Shown: positions 48,045 to 58,131, numbered from the stretch's first letter. The stretch: 64,000 nucleotides of DNA from Nitrosopumilaceae archaeon (GCA_965209085.1 OZ242376.1:1536001-1600000); one strand, 5' to 3'. Numbers and translations: made by a program. Notes: generated by a model not told the origin, from the sequence alone.

Positions 48045-49562
48045 TCAATTACTTGAATTAATCAGAGAATTTGTTACATCCACATAGTCAGTTTCTGCAT
48101 CATTTAAAACATAAAATTTATTTTCTAATATATCGTAATTATCATCAAAATACGTATTAAATAATACGCGAAAAGTGTTTACGGGGCTGTTATTTTCTAG
48201 TTCGAGATTTCTGTCTCCGTTGGGAATATAGTATGCTCTAAAATTATTAAGTTTTATTATATTACGATCGGTAGGATCGTCAATGGTGTGCACATCCCTT
48301 TTCCCGTGATCTGACTGGATTATAATAATAGGAGGATCATCTGTATCAACAAGTCCACGTATGATGTCTTTTAATTTATAATTTACAAACTGTATCTGAT
48401 CGATATAGAGACTGTCTCGATGTCCGGATATATCATCTATATTTGAAAGAAGTGAATCAGGATTTCCACCGGTTGGATTGAATACGAATGGGGAATGGGG
48501 AGACATTATGTGGGTTAATACAAATTTTGGTGTTTTATCATTTTCTGACATTTTATCCAACTCGTCAAATGAACAGATGACTTTATTTTGCAAATCTTCA
48601 CGTAGTATAAATTCAGTTCCGGGTACTAGTATCATTGAATGTTGGAGTATATTTCGCATAAAGAATGAGTCGAATAGATCCGATGGTGAACACAATTTAT
48701 GATCAATGTTGTTTGTTGGAAAATCCAAATAAAAGCTGGATTCAATAAAATATGTGGTATAGCCTTTTGATCGAAAATTATCAAAAACCGACCAATTTTC
48801 AGTATTTGGTGTATTTACATCGTATAAATCATCATCGTGTACATATTTCATATTCATGGTAGATGATACAGAATCACTAGTATAATCGTAATTGCTATAG
48901 CTATCCTGCGCTACATAAAAACCATTTTCAGTTAAAAAATTCTTAAAATCGCTATTATCAAAATTCCAATGCATCTCCGTTGACTTGGAACCGGCATATG
49001 CGTCAGGCAATATGTAGTAAACATCTGGACCATTATACGGTATAGAAGAGACATTCATGTTTGTCTGACGAGTTTCTGCAACATAATCATTATTGTATGC
49101 GAGTGATTCTCCAATGTCAATAACTGGCATTATCATTGTAATTATGGCAGAAACCATAATTATTTTTACAACATTATTCAACATATGCTTTGTTTTTATG
49201 ATGAATATGGGAGATATAATAAATAAAATTATGTAAATGGCAAATGTAATAAAAAGAAATCCTGTGGAGCTAATATTAAAAAAACCGTCAAGAGATAATC
49301 GCGCATGCCCATAAGAGAAAAATAGTGCCGCCCAAAATGATATAATTAAACTAGATTTAATCCGATTTTTTAATGCATAACCTAATAACAACCACAGTAA
49401 AAATGCCACAATTATGAAAACGAATAATAACTGTAGTATGTAAATTGGTTGTTCATTTACGTTTTTTGAAAACAAAAAAATTATTGGAAATGCAAAAAAT
49501 ATCAAAGGAAGAATAAACGTAAATTTGGAATTTTTATTTACCAGTTGTTTTGCAGTGGACAC
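48045..49562 (-). CDS. Membrane protein with an alkaline-phosphatase/sulfatase-fold (LtaS-like) extracellular domain
   Basis: About five N-terminal TM helices; 'PDVYYILPDAY', 'SNYDYTSDS', 'HIMSPHSPF', 'IIQSDHG'. Confidence 0.82.
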   Translation of the reverse strand: MSTAKQLVNKNSKFTFILPLIFFAFPIIFLFSKNVNEQPIYILQLLFVFIIVAFLLWLLLGYALKNRIKSSLIISFWAALFFSYGHARLSLDGFFNISSTGFLFITFAIYIILFIISPIFIIKTKHMLNNVVKIIMVSAIITMIMPVIDIGESLAYNNDYVAETRQTNMNVSSIPYNGPDVYYILPDAYAGSKSTEMHWNFDNSDFKNFLTENGFYVAQDSYSNYDYTSDSVSSTMNMKYVHDDDLYDVNTPNTENWSVFDNFRSKGYTTYFIESSFYLDFPTNNIDHKLCSPSDLFDSFFMRNILQHSMILVPGTEFILREDLQNKVICSFDELDKMSENDKTPKFVLTHIMSPHSPFVFNPTGGNPDSLLSNIDDISGHRDSLYIDQIQFVNYKLKDIIRGLVDTDDPPIIIIQSDHGKRDVHTIDDPTDRNIIKLNNFRAYYIPNGDRNLELENNSPVNTFRVLFNTYFDDNYDILENKFYVLNDAETDYVDVTNSLINSSN

Positions 49563-49681
49563 ACGGTTTGCAGTATTTATGTTGTTTATGTATCTAACTT
49601 TTGAATTAATTACTTGAAAAATACGTTTGTCCCATACCCAGATTTGTATTAGCTTATAACCAACTCTTGTAAAGCATATTC

Positions 49682-49996
49682 ATGGAAGATGGAGAAAAAA
49701 AGATACGCCAGGAAGACTGTAATGAGGACAATCTAGGACAGGGCATTTTGACACTTACAAACAGGCGCGTGGCATTTGATAAAACAAGGGGAAGAATAAT
49801 GGATTTTGCAAAAAAATTCGGTGATACCGTAATTGACGTGCAATTGGATAAAATAACAAAGGTCTGGAAAGAAGGGCTGCTTATCAAAAAGATATGCATT
49901 ACTGCGGATATAGCAGATGAGGAAAAGACATTCAAATTTGGCGTGCTTGGAACAGGCTCTTGGGTCAAATCAATACAAAAAGCAAAAGATAGTTAA
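49682..49996 (+). CDS. Small PH/GRAM-like fold protein
   Basis: 'GILTLTNRRVAF', 'LDKITKV', C-terminal 'WVKSI' helix. Confidence 0.65.
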   Translation: MEDGEKKIRQEDCNEDNLGQGILTLTNRRVAFDKTRGRIMDFAKKFGDTVIDVQLDKITKVWKEGLLIKKICITADIADEEKTFKFGVLGTGSWVKSIQKAKDS

Positions 49997-50976
49997 TAGT
50001 CCACATCCACGCCATCAAGTCTCCACGATTGGCGCACAAATGCATTTTTGATTTTTACGCCGCCGTACGTGGCATGCTCTAGCATTCCAACGCACGCAAT
50101 TTGTGATCCACAGTCGCCGGAAAATTTTGGAGATACTGCGTATAATTTTGATTTGTGTCGTGTACATGCTCCCTTTAACATTGAAGAGAGGCGTGAATTT
50201 GCAGCAACTCCTCCTACAATCAGCAGTTCTTTTTTTCCGGTAAACGCAAGAGCTCTCTCGGAGGCTTCTGCAATCATGGCAAATGCAGTTTCCTGTAACG
50301 AATAACATGCGGCATTTTTTCCATCCAGTGCTGCTTTTTTTGCAGCAGATAAAAGTCCGGAAAATGATACGTCGTTTCCTCGCACAGAATATGGCAGCTG
50401 TACATATTTGGAAGATTTTGATGCGAGTTTTTCCACGCGTTTGCCGCACGGAGAGGCAAATCCCAAAGATCTGCCAAACTGATCCAAAAGCTGGCCAAGA
50501 GTTATGTCCAATGTCTCGCCAAAAACGCGCCATCTTGGATGTGCAAATGCAAGCAACATTGTGTGTCCTCCTGAAACGAGTAAAACTAACGGATCAGTAG
50601 CTCCTGTAAGCATGCGGCCAAGTTCGATGTGACCGATTGCATGATTTATCGGATAGAGCGGTTTTTTGTAGTATGATGCAAGCGAGCGGGCCACCACCGC
50701 TCCCACCCTAAGACATGGTCCAAGTCCGGGTCCGGCAGCATACGAGACTGCATCAATATCCTTTATGCTTATTTTAGCCTCTTTGAGGCATTTTGAGAGT
50801 ACGTCAGGACCGCATGCCACATGGTGCCTTGATGCCTCACGGGGATGTATTCCGCTGCCTTTGGGAGGTTTGTACATGTCCCGCACGTCTGCTAGAACCG
50901 TCCGTTTGGAGCGTTTTTTCTCCAATACGGCGCACGAGAACGTATGCGCTGTACTCTCTATTCCAAGGCAGAGTAT
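49993..50976 (-). CDS. kae1: KEOPS t6A threonylcarbamoyltransferase Kae1 (apparent ATA start)
   Basis: 'LGIESTAHT' lies in frame upstream of the ORF-track start; 'GPGLGPCL', 'NHAIGHIE', 'VSGGHT', 'GETLD'. Confidence 0.95.
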   Translation of the reverse strand: MLCLGIESTAHTFSCAVLEKKRSKRTVLADVRDMYKPPKGSGIHPREASRHHVACGPDVLSKCLKEAKISIKDIDAVSYAAGPGLGPCLRVGAVVARSLASYYKKPLYPINHAIGHIELGRMLTGATDPLVLLVSGGHTMLLAFAHPRWRVFGETLDITLGQLLDQFGRSLGFASPCGKRVEKLASKSSKYVQLPYSVRGNDVSFSGLLSAAKKAALDGKNAACYSLQETAFAMIAEASERALAFTGKKELLIVGGVAANSRLSSMLKGACTRHKSKLYAVSPKFSGDCGSQIACVGMLEHATYGGVKIKNAFVRQSWRLDGVDVDY

Positions 50977-50978
50977 TC

Positions 50979-52157
50979 CTATCCCCTGCCTTTGGTTGAG
51001 ACTATCTTTATGACGTCCCCGTCCTTTATTTTGTGATCCGCGCCGATGCGCTGTTTATTTTTACAGTCAATGGCGTGCAAAAATCCATCGGCCAAATCCG
51101 CGTGTACCATTCGCGCCAAATCTTTTGCAGTTGATCCTGGTTGTAGCAGTTTTACGTCAGGCAATATGGAGCCGTCTTTGTTTTGCAGTTTTGTCTCATC
51201 TTCTACAGGATACGCCGTCAGCATGTGCAGTTTTTCAAATACTACAGTTTCCAGGACTTTTTGAATTCCCGTACCATTTATTTTTTCAATTACAGCTTTT
51301 GCCTTTGAGAGTGCTTTCTTTTGAGCCTCGTTTGCACCTTTGGTTTCTACAAAGCTCTCAGAACCTGGAACGTATTCTGCAAGTCCGACAGCATTTGCTT
51401 TGCGTAGCAAAAGCTCAACCTCGGCGCTGCATGGTATGGCACCTGTTTCTATATTTTCAAGAATATCCAAATTTGGACATGAATCAGCCTTGTTTGCTGC
51501 AATAATTATGGGTTTTGAGATCTTTCGCAGTGCGGATGCAAATGAGGCAATATCTTTTTTCTGCCACTTTGATGGTTTTACATCCATGCGGTTTTCAGAA
51601 AGTAATACTGCCCGCACGTCGGGTTCTTTTATTCCAAGGCCGCTCAGTCTGCGTGATATTCCATCAAGCAGCGTGGTTTTTTTCTGTTCGGCCTCTTTTA
51701 CAAGCTTTGGCCATTCACGTTCCAAGAGCTGTGCAAACCAGGCGTCAAACTCATAGTGTACAAATTCAATATCTTTTAGAGGATCGTGAGAACCGGGAGT
51801 CACAGGCTGTCCCTCAATGTCTGTGCCTCCGGATATGTCCACAACATGCACCAATGCGTCTGCCTGACGCGCATCATCAAGAAACTTGTTGCCCAATCCC
51901 TTGCCTTCATGTGCTCCTGGAACAAGTCCTGCCACGTCTATGAGACTTATGGGTATGAAACGTGTTCCCTCTTTGCAGTTACCGCACAGTCCTAATTCAA
52001 AATGCGTGCACGCACACGGTTTTCGAACGTGTGCCACCCCCACGTTTGGATCAATAGTGGTAAAAGGGAAATTTCCAGTCGCCACTTCAGTCTGCGTAGC
52101 TGCTGAAAAAAATGTGGATTTTCCAACGTTTGCCTTGCCCAACAATCCGATCTGCAT
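50979..52157 (-). CDS. ychF: YchF/Obg-family ATPase
   Basis: 'GKANVGKST', 'FPFTTIDPN', 'DVAGLVPGA..GKGLGNKFL', C-terminal TGS domain. Confidence 0.95.
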   Translation of the reverse strand: MQIGLLGKANVGKSTFFSAATQTEVATGNFPFTTIDPNVGVAHVRKPCACTHFELGLCGNCKEGTRFIPISLIDVAGLVPGAHEGKGLGNKFLDDARQADALVHVVDISGGTDIEGQPVTPGSHDPLKDIEFVHYEFDAWFAQLLEREWPKLVKEAEQKKTTLLDGISRRLSGLGIKEPDVRAVLLSENRMDVKPSKWQKKDIASFASALRKISKPIIIAANKADSCPNLDILENIETGAIPCSAEVELLLRKANAVGLAEYVPGSESFVETKGANEAQKKALSKAKAVIEKINGTGIQKVLETVVFEKLHMLTAYPVEDETKLQNKDGSILPDVKLLQPGSTAKDLARMVHADLADGFLHAIDCKNKQRIGADHKIKDGDVIKIVSTKGRG

Positions 52158-52307
52158 TGCATTCGAGTTTGTATACTAGGTCTTGTTAAGTTATCGCCGA
52201 ATGTAAAGTTGTAATTCTATTCAATCTATTGGATTATTCATACTATATTCCAATAATGAAACAAATCGGATATCAAATGCACATATATATATATAAAAAA
52301 TTTAATA

Positions 52308-53063
52308 TTGGATATGGACGATTTATTGAAAAAAGTTCAAACACATTGGGATAATAACGTATGTGATTACAACCGTGGAGCTAATTTTGATGAAATTGAT
52401 AAATGGCGACTTTTTACATATCCATATATTCTCAAAGCGGTAGATTATGAAAATGATAAAAATAAATCTGTTTTAGATGTTGGTGTCGGGTCAGGTGGTG
52501 ATGCATGCTTTAGTTTTACGTATGGGCATCCAAAAAAATATACTCTTTTTGATATTTCAGCAGAATCACTCAATGTTTCTAAAAAACATCTTGAAGAACA
52601 TCATCCAGGAAAAAATTATGAAATTGTGAATGGAAATGCAGCTGATATGTCATGTTTCAAAGATGCTGAATTTGACAGAATAAGGGCAGTGGGAACAATT
52701 CACCATATGCCAGAATACCCAAAAGTTGTGAAAGAAATTGGACGTGTTTTAAAACCCAATGGTACATTTGTATTCATGTTTTATAACAAAAATGGTCTTC
52801 GTCCAAAATGTATTTATCCAATATATGCAAAACTAAGAAAAACCACCGTAAAACAATTAATTTTAGAATTTGACGGTGCTACAAACCCTGTGACAGAATT
52901 ATTATCTAAAAAAGATATTATTTCATTATGTTCTGATGCAAATTTAAAATGTGATAAATTTAAAAAATATGAACGCTATATTGGACGTTTAAGATGGATA
53001 CCAAACTTTGTTGGACGATTTTTAGGATTTTCACAATTTGTTTACGGACACAAACCAGCATAA
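52308..53063 (+). CDS. Class I SAM-dependent methyltransferase (AT-rich insertion)
   Basis: 'VLDVGVGSG', 'GTIHH', 'RVLKPNG'. Confidence 0.9.
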   Translation: MDMDDLLKKVQTHWDNNVCDYNRGANFDEIDKWRLFTYPYILKAVDYENDKNKSVLDVGVGSGGDACFSFTYGHPKKYTLFDISAESLNVSKKHLEEHHPGKNYEIVNGNAADMSCFKDAEFDRIRAVGTIHHMPEYPKVVKEIGRVLKPNGTFVFMFYNKNGLRPKCIYPIYAKLRKTTVKQLILEFDGATNPVTELLSKKDIISLCSDANLKCDKFKKYERYIGRLRWIPNFVGRFLGFSQFVYGHKPA

Positions 53064-53147
53064 ACTGTTGTGAAATAAAAAATGGTAATTATAAACCAGA
53101 TTCCCCCAATGTAAATTAAATCAGCATATGAGGTTTGAATCGTTGGA

Positions 53148-53384
53148 TCAATTACGCCATGTTCGATACCGCCGGTCACGAACGTTGCGTGCTTTGATAA
53201 TAACAGGATACAAAATGCACAAACCTCCCACAGTCATAAGCGATAGCTGAATCAGCAGATTTTCATAATTTGGAATTTGATCGGTCATTGCAGTAAAATA
53301 TCCCATAATCATGGATGCGGAAAAAAGTACAATTCCTGCAAAAACAATTACAATCATGCAAGTATTCTGTGTTATGTTTATCAA
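53148..53384 (-). CDS. Small two-TM hypothetical protein
   Basis: Two hydrophobic helices and a basic tail; co-directional with the his genes. Confidence 0.5.
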   Translation of the reverse strand: MINITQNTCMIVIVFAGIVLFSASMIMGYFTAMTDQIPNYENLLIQLSLMTVGGLCILYPVIIKARNVRDRRYRTWRN

Positions 53385-53415
53385 TTTTTACACGTGCGTC
53401 CAATCACGTACCGCA

Positions 53416-54390
53416 TTAGTGCAGTTTATCTCCGCTTAGAACATTTGGCAGTAACAGTACAGAATCCACGGCCATCGGCGCCCCCATCCGATCAAAAAGT
53501 TCAAGTTTTTCCATCGGATCAAGACTTGTCCCAATTATTCCACAAAACGTAACTGTTCTGCCGAATTTGGATGCCCCCTGTGCTAGTAAAAGATCCTCAG
53601 AAGAATCACCCACGAATATTGCCCTCTCTATTCCCATGCCGGACATGCATCGCACCAGCGATTCGGGGTTTGGTTTTGCCATTTTACGCAGCTCATCCTC
53701 CAAGAATACGGAATTTTTCAAATCAAAACTTTCAAGCATATCTTTAAGCGTGTGCCGTATAGAGTACATTCCTCTTCCGGTAACTATGCCGGGTTTTCTG
53801 CCAAACATGGTTGTAAGGTTTGATATAATATTGTCATTTATTATTATTTTATCATGTTCGATCAGACCTGATTTTTGCAAAACGCCGACATCTTTTCTGT
53901 TCAATGATGCGTACAATTCTGCGCCATAAAATACTGAATCAAATATGTCGTATACTATGCCCTTGCCGTCTCCCGGATATGCAAGCTTTTCACGCAGCAT
54001 GGCAGCTTTGGGTGAATCGGCAAGATATTTTTCCACAGATTCAAGTCCTGTGGAATCTGCCGCATGCGCTGCACTCATTACATATTCTTCATTCATGCCA
54101 TGTGCTATGCACAGCGATGCAGCATATGCTAAATCTATCTCATTGTTAAATCCTCCCAAAGCTTTGAACGCATCTATGATTTGAACCGTTACCGGTACGG
54201 GGTTTTTTTCCAATCCTGCAAATCTCTCCAATAAAATATCCACCGTTCTCCGTATGGTCTCATCATATGAGGAGCTGACATCCACTAGTACTCCGTCGCA
54301 GTCAAAGAATATGCACTGAGCCTTGCTGACTGCGGCTGCTGCATTCTTTTCCATGTATGCGCCATTGCCGGCCGGCAGCAGTTTTTTCAT
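53416..54390 (-). CDS. HAD-superfamily hydrolase
   Basis: 'FDCDGVLVD', 'VTGR', 'KPNP', 'FVGDSSED'; ATGA overlap with the hisC stop. Confidence 0.9.
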   Translation of the reverse strand: MKKLLPAGNGAYMEKNAAAAVSKAQCIFFDCDGVLVDVSSSYDETIRRTVDILLERFAGLEKNPVPVTVQIIDAFKALGGFNNEIDLAYAASLCIAHGMNEEYVMSAAHAADSTGLESVEKYLADSPKAAMLREKLAYPGDGKGIVYDIFDSVFYGAELYASLNRKDVGVLQKSGLIEHDKIIINDNIISNLTTMFGRKPGIVTGRGMYSIRHTLKDMLESFDLKNSVFLEDELRKMAKPNPESLVRCMSGMGIERAIFVGDSSEDLLLAQGASKFGRTVTFCGIIGTSLDPMEKLELFDRMGAPMAVDSVLLLPNVLSGDKLH

Positions 54391-55454
54391 TGAAGCAGAT
54401 CCCGTATGGCAAGTAGAAATTTGGAATTCATCTCGTGTGTTCCAACAGTAACCCGCAGGCATCCGGCATGATTGCCAATTTTTCCAAGGTTGCGCACCGC
54501 TATGCCCTGCTCTTCAAGAGCCGTATGGACCCGTTTTGATGCCCCATGCGCGTCAAATAGGACAAAATTTGCATCCGAATCAAATACGTCAAAGGCATCG
54601 TATTGGCGCAGTGATTTAGTTATTCTCTCCCGCTCGGATTTTACCAGCACTATTGCATCCTGTGCGCGTTTTAGCGCATCATCATTTGAGAGCAGTGTCA
54701 TGGCAGATGATATTGATGCTGTACTGACAGGATACGGATACTGTATAATGCGGTTAAAGACTCCGGCAATGTCAGTATTTGCCACAAAGTATCCTAGACG
54801 CATGCCGGCCATTCCGTATGCTTTTGAAAATGTGCGGGTCACCACAAGGTTGTCAAGTTTTGGAGCAAGCGCTGAGAGAGTATATTTTCCAAATTCCGCA
54901 TACGCCTCATCTATTATCACCAGACCCTCAAATTTCCGCACCAAATCTTCAAGATCTTTTTTTGCAAATGCAAAGCCGGTTGGATTGTTTGGTACGTCAA
55001 GATATAAAATATCGGCTTTTTTTGACGAAAATGAATCCTTTGAGAGGGTCATCTCGTTGTTAAATGGAACTTTTATGGTCTTTATTCCATACAAGCTGCA
55101 GCGCTGCTCAAAGAATGTAAACGTGGGATCACATAAAAGTACGCGCGTCTTTGCTGTGGCAAAATTTGAGATCAGCAGATCCAGTATTTGATCAGAGCCG
55201 GAACCCACCCCTACAGTTCCCTCTGGCACGCCAAGATGCACCTCTATGGCAGCGATGAGATCTTCGGTCATGTCAAGAGGATATCTGCGCATGTCCGCAT
55301 CTGAGCCGCTTTGGAGCAGATCCCAGACGTCTTTTTTTGATATTACCAAATTTTCATTTGAATCAAGTCTGAGCAGATCGCCTGATTTTGGCTTTACGTA
55401 TCCGTCAAGGGATGCATGATTGGCAATTTTTTTCTCCAGCCAGTCAGGTCTCAT
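54387..55454 (-). CDS. hisC: Histidinol-phosphate aminotransferase
   Basis: 'LDSNEN', 'PNNPTG', 'DEAYAEF', 'RTFSKAYGMAGMRLGY'. Confidence 0.95.
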   Translation of the reverse strand: MRPDWLEKKIANHASLDGYVKPKSGDLLRLDSNENLVISKKDVWDLLQSGSDADMRRYPLDMTEDLIAAIEVHLGVPEGTVGVGSGSDQILDLLISNFATAKTRVLLCDPTFTFFEQRCSLYGIKTIKVPFNNEMTLSKDSFSSKKADILYLDVPNNPTGFAFAKKDLEDLVRKFEGLVIIDEAYAEFGKYTLSALAPKLDNLVVTRTFSKAYGMAGMRLGYFVANTDIAGVFNRIIQYPYPVSTASISSAMTLLSNDDALKRAQDAIVLVKSERERITKSLRQYDAFDVFDSDANFVLFDAHGASKRVHTALEEQGIAVRNLGKIGNHAGCLRVTVGTHEMNSKFLLAIRDLLQ

Positions 55455-56707
55455 TTGAATCGAGCCTCTGCTGCATCATAGTGGGCGTTTAGACCCTCAG
55501 CTTTTGTGAGCGCCTTTATCGGTTTGAGCATTTCGTATAGCGCCTTTTTTGAGCTTTTTGCGCGCGTTTGCAGTTTTAGAAAATCCAGTACGGAAAGCGA
55601 TCCTCGCGCCCTGCCTGCTTCATTTGTAGGCAGTATGTGGTTTGTACCAAACAAATAATCGCTTGCAGCAGACGGTGAATTTTCCCCGATTAATACAAGT
55701 CCGGCTGTTGTAATTTTTTTTGCAATATTTTCCGGATTTGCCATCATTATCTGCAAATGTTCAGCAGCTGCTGCGTTTGCCGCTTTGATCAGATCGCCTC
55801 GGGTTTTACACAGGTATATCCGGGGATGCGAAGATAGTTTACGAGTGCGAAGAGTTTGGAATTTTTTTTGCACGTTTGCTGCCAAATTTTCAGAATCTGT
55901 AATCAGTGCGCACCATGAATGCAGTCCGTGCTCTGCCTGAGAATAAAGATCGGCGCAGATTAGTGCAGGATTTGCGCGCGAATCCGCAATTATAACAAGC
56001 TCTGTGGGACCGGCCATCATGTCTATGTTTGTGTGCAAAGTTACAAGCTGTTTTGCTGCTGTAACGTATTTGCCACCGGGTCCTACTATTTTGTCCACCG
56101 GCGCTATGGATTTTGTACCATACGCCATTGCAGATATTGCGTGCGGGCCTCCAACAGTGTAAATTTCCGTGGCGCCGCAAATGTCCGCAGCACTCAAAGT
56201 AAGCGGATCAATCATGCCTGTCTCATCCGGCGGCGAGCATACGATAATTCTCTCCACTCCGGCAATTTTTGCCGGAACCACCGACATTACAGCCGAGCTT
56301 GGATATCTTGCACCGCCTCCGGGTACATAACATCCGACGCTACCTAGAGGTTCAAGGGAACGCTGTATCATCACGCCTCCGTTTTCAATCCGTACTGTTT
56401 TTTGTACTGAGAATAAAGTCTTCTTTTCTGTGTTTTCCAGGCGTTTTTTTGCAAGTCTGATTGCGCGCATCTCATCTTTTGTAACCTGCGTGCGGGCTTT
56501 GGCAATCGTCTGTTTTGAGACGCGCAGTGTTTTTGGCAACAATTTTGGGTTTTTTGAGAATTTTTTCTCATATTTTCCCAATGCTGCATCGCCATTTTTG
56601 AACACGTCCAACGCTATGGCAGAAACGCTCCGCAGATCTGCAATATTTTGGCGTATTTTTTTTGTTCTAATCTTTTCAGGATTGCGGATTCGGATTATTT
56701 TTATCAA
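55451..56707 (-). CDS. hisD: Histidinol dehydrogenase
   Basis: 'GCYVPGG', 'DKIVGPG', 'DMMAGPTE', 'SQAEH', 'GTNHILPT'. Confidence 0.95.
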   Translation of the reverse strand: MIKIIRIRNPEKIRTKKIRQNIADLRSVSAIALDVFKNGDAALGKYEKKFSKNPKLLPKTLRVSKQTIAKARTQVTKDEMRAIRLAKKRLENTEKKTLFSVQKTVRIENGGVMIQRSLEPLGSVGCYVPGGGARYPSSAVMSVVPAKIAGVERIIVCSPPDETGMIDPLTLSAADICGATEIYTVGGPHAISAMAYGTKSIAPVDKIVGPGGKYVTAAKQLVTLHTNIDMMAGPTELVIIADSRANPALICADLYSQAEHGLHSWCALITDSENLAANVQKKFQTLRTRKLSSHPRIYLCKTRGDLIKAANAAAAEHLQIMMANPENIAKKITTAGLVLIGENSPSAASDYLFGTNHILPTNEAGRARGSLSVLDFLKLQTRAKSSKKALYEMLKPIKALTKAEGLNAHYDAAEARFK

Positions 56708-56709
56708 AT

Positions 56710-57669
56710 TTAATCATCCGGTTCTATTTCCAATATCTGGAGGGGTTCGTGCACTACAAGGCCCTGGGCGAGTTTGCGGATTTTTGGTATTAGTTTGTGG
56801 TATTCAGATTTTGGTATCACGGTGTTTATTCCATACCAGCCTTTTTCACTAAGCGGGCTTAGTGTGGGTTTTTTCAATGAGGGAATCTGTGCCATCAGTT
56901 TGGCCAGATTCTTCTCGCTTACATTGGCGAATATGTGCAGATATTTTCTGCCGTATACTGCGCCGCGCATCAGCGTCAGTATGTCGTATATTTTTTCACG
57001 TTTTGCTGCGTTTTTCATCGAGGTTTTGTTTGCTATAAGCTGGGCAGAGGATTCAAGTATGGTATCCGCTATACGGAGTTTGTTTTGCCGCAATGTGGTT
57101 CCAGTTTCAGTAACGTCTATTATCGCATCAACATCTTCGGGCGGTTTTGCCTCTGTGGCTCCAAACGAGAGATGTATCTGTACGGAATTGTTTGTTCCCC
57201 GTCTCACCCACGGAGTAATCAAAAGCGGATCCTTTGATCCGTATTTTTTTTTGTATGATTTTAGGGATTTTATATAAGATGACGCGGTGGTAAGATATTC
57301 AGATGATATTCTCAGTATGCGTTTCTTTTTTGCATAATCGGCAATCATCGCATCAAGATTGGCATACCGGTATGATTCCGGATACGCAGCTACAAGTTTT
57401 ATTTTTCCATATTCTAAATCAAGAAGCGTATCCACTGTTACTTTTGCCTCCCCCACCCAGTCGTTTCCGGTAATTCCTATATCGTACAAACCTTCGGCCA
57501 CCATTGTTGGTATCTCCTGCGGGCGCAGCATTTTTACAATTATTTCTGAATCATCAAGAAACACCCTGTACGTGCGGTTTTTGCGTGAAACATGCGTCCA
57601 CGCCCTGCCCAAAAGGTCAAACGTGGCCTCCTCAAGACTTCCCTTTGGTATGGCCATTCTAACTTTCAT
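56710..57669 (-). CDS. hisG: ATP phosphoribosyltransferase (long form)
   Basis: 'AIPKGSL', 'DIGITG', 'GATEA', 'DVTETGTTL', 'PTLSPL'. Confidence 0.96.
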   Translation of the reverse strand: MKVRMAIPKGSLEEATFDLLGRAWTHVSRKNRTYRVFLDDSEIIVKMLRPQEIPTMVAEGLYDIGITGNDWVGEAKVTVDTLLDLEYGKIKLVAAYPESYRYANLDAMIADYAKKKRILRISSEYLTTASSYIKSLKSYKKKYGSKDPLLITPWVRRGTNNSVQIHLSFGATEAKPPEDVDAIIDVTETGTTLRQNKLRIADTILESSAQLIANKTSMKNAAKREKIYDILTLMRGAVYGRKYLHIFANVSEKNLAKLMAQIPSLKKPTLSPLSEKGWYGINTVIPKSEYHKLIPKIRKLAQGLVVHEPLQILEIEPDD

Positions 57670-57713
57670 TTACACGCATATTATTTTTCACGCCCGTTAT
57701 ATAGGATTCTTGG

Positions 57714-58040
57714 TTAGGCAGGTTTTAGCACGGTAGAGACGACGTATTCCACAGCGTTTGCAGATTCGGATTTTATGCGGGCGCGTATCCCCTCTAGTTT
57801 TATCTGACCCTCTTTGGATATAGAGTCTGATTCCTGCTGGGCCTTGTTTTTGGCATCGGTCACTATCTGCTCTGCCTTTGCAGAAGCACTCTGACGCACT
57901 TTGTTTGCTACAGATTCAATCTCAGAGTTGGTCTTTGAAGTTATTGATTTTTTCATGTCAGATACTGATAATTCAAGCAAGTCCAGATTTTCCTCTAATT
58001 TTGAGAGGGCTCCTAGTATTCCGGCAACCTTTGTCTCCAT
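57714..58040 (-). CDS. Coiled-coil protein, possibly A/V-ATPase subunit H/G-like
   Basis: All-helical, 'AKAEQIVTDAKNKAQQE' pattern. Confidence 0.5.
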   Translation of the reverse strand: METKVAGILGALSKLEENLDLLELSVSDMKKSITSKTNSEIESVANKVRQSASAKAEQIVTDAKNKAQQESDSISKEGQIKLEGIRARIKSESANAVEYVVSTVLKPA

Positions 58041-58131
58041 GTGCGGAGGTTTTTTGCAGCATTAATTAAATCATTCATACGTATTGCCATCATGCGTACG
58101 GGTTTAAATTATACGCACACGCACTCTGCAT

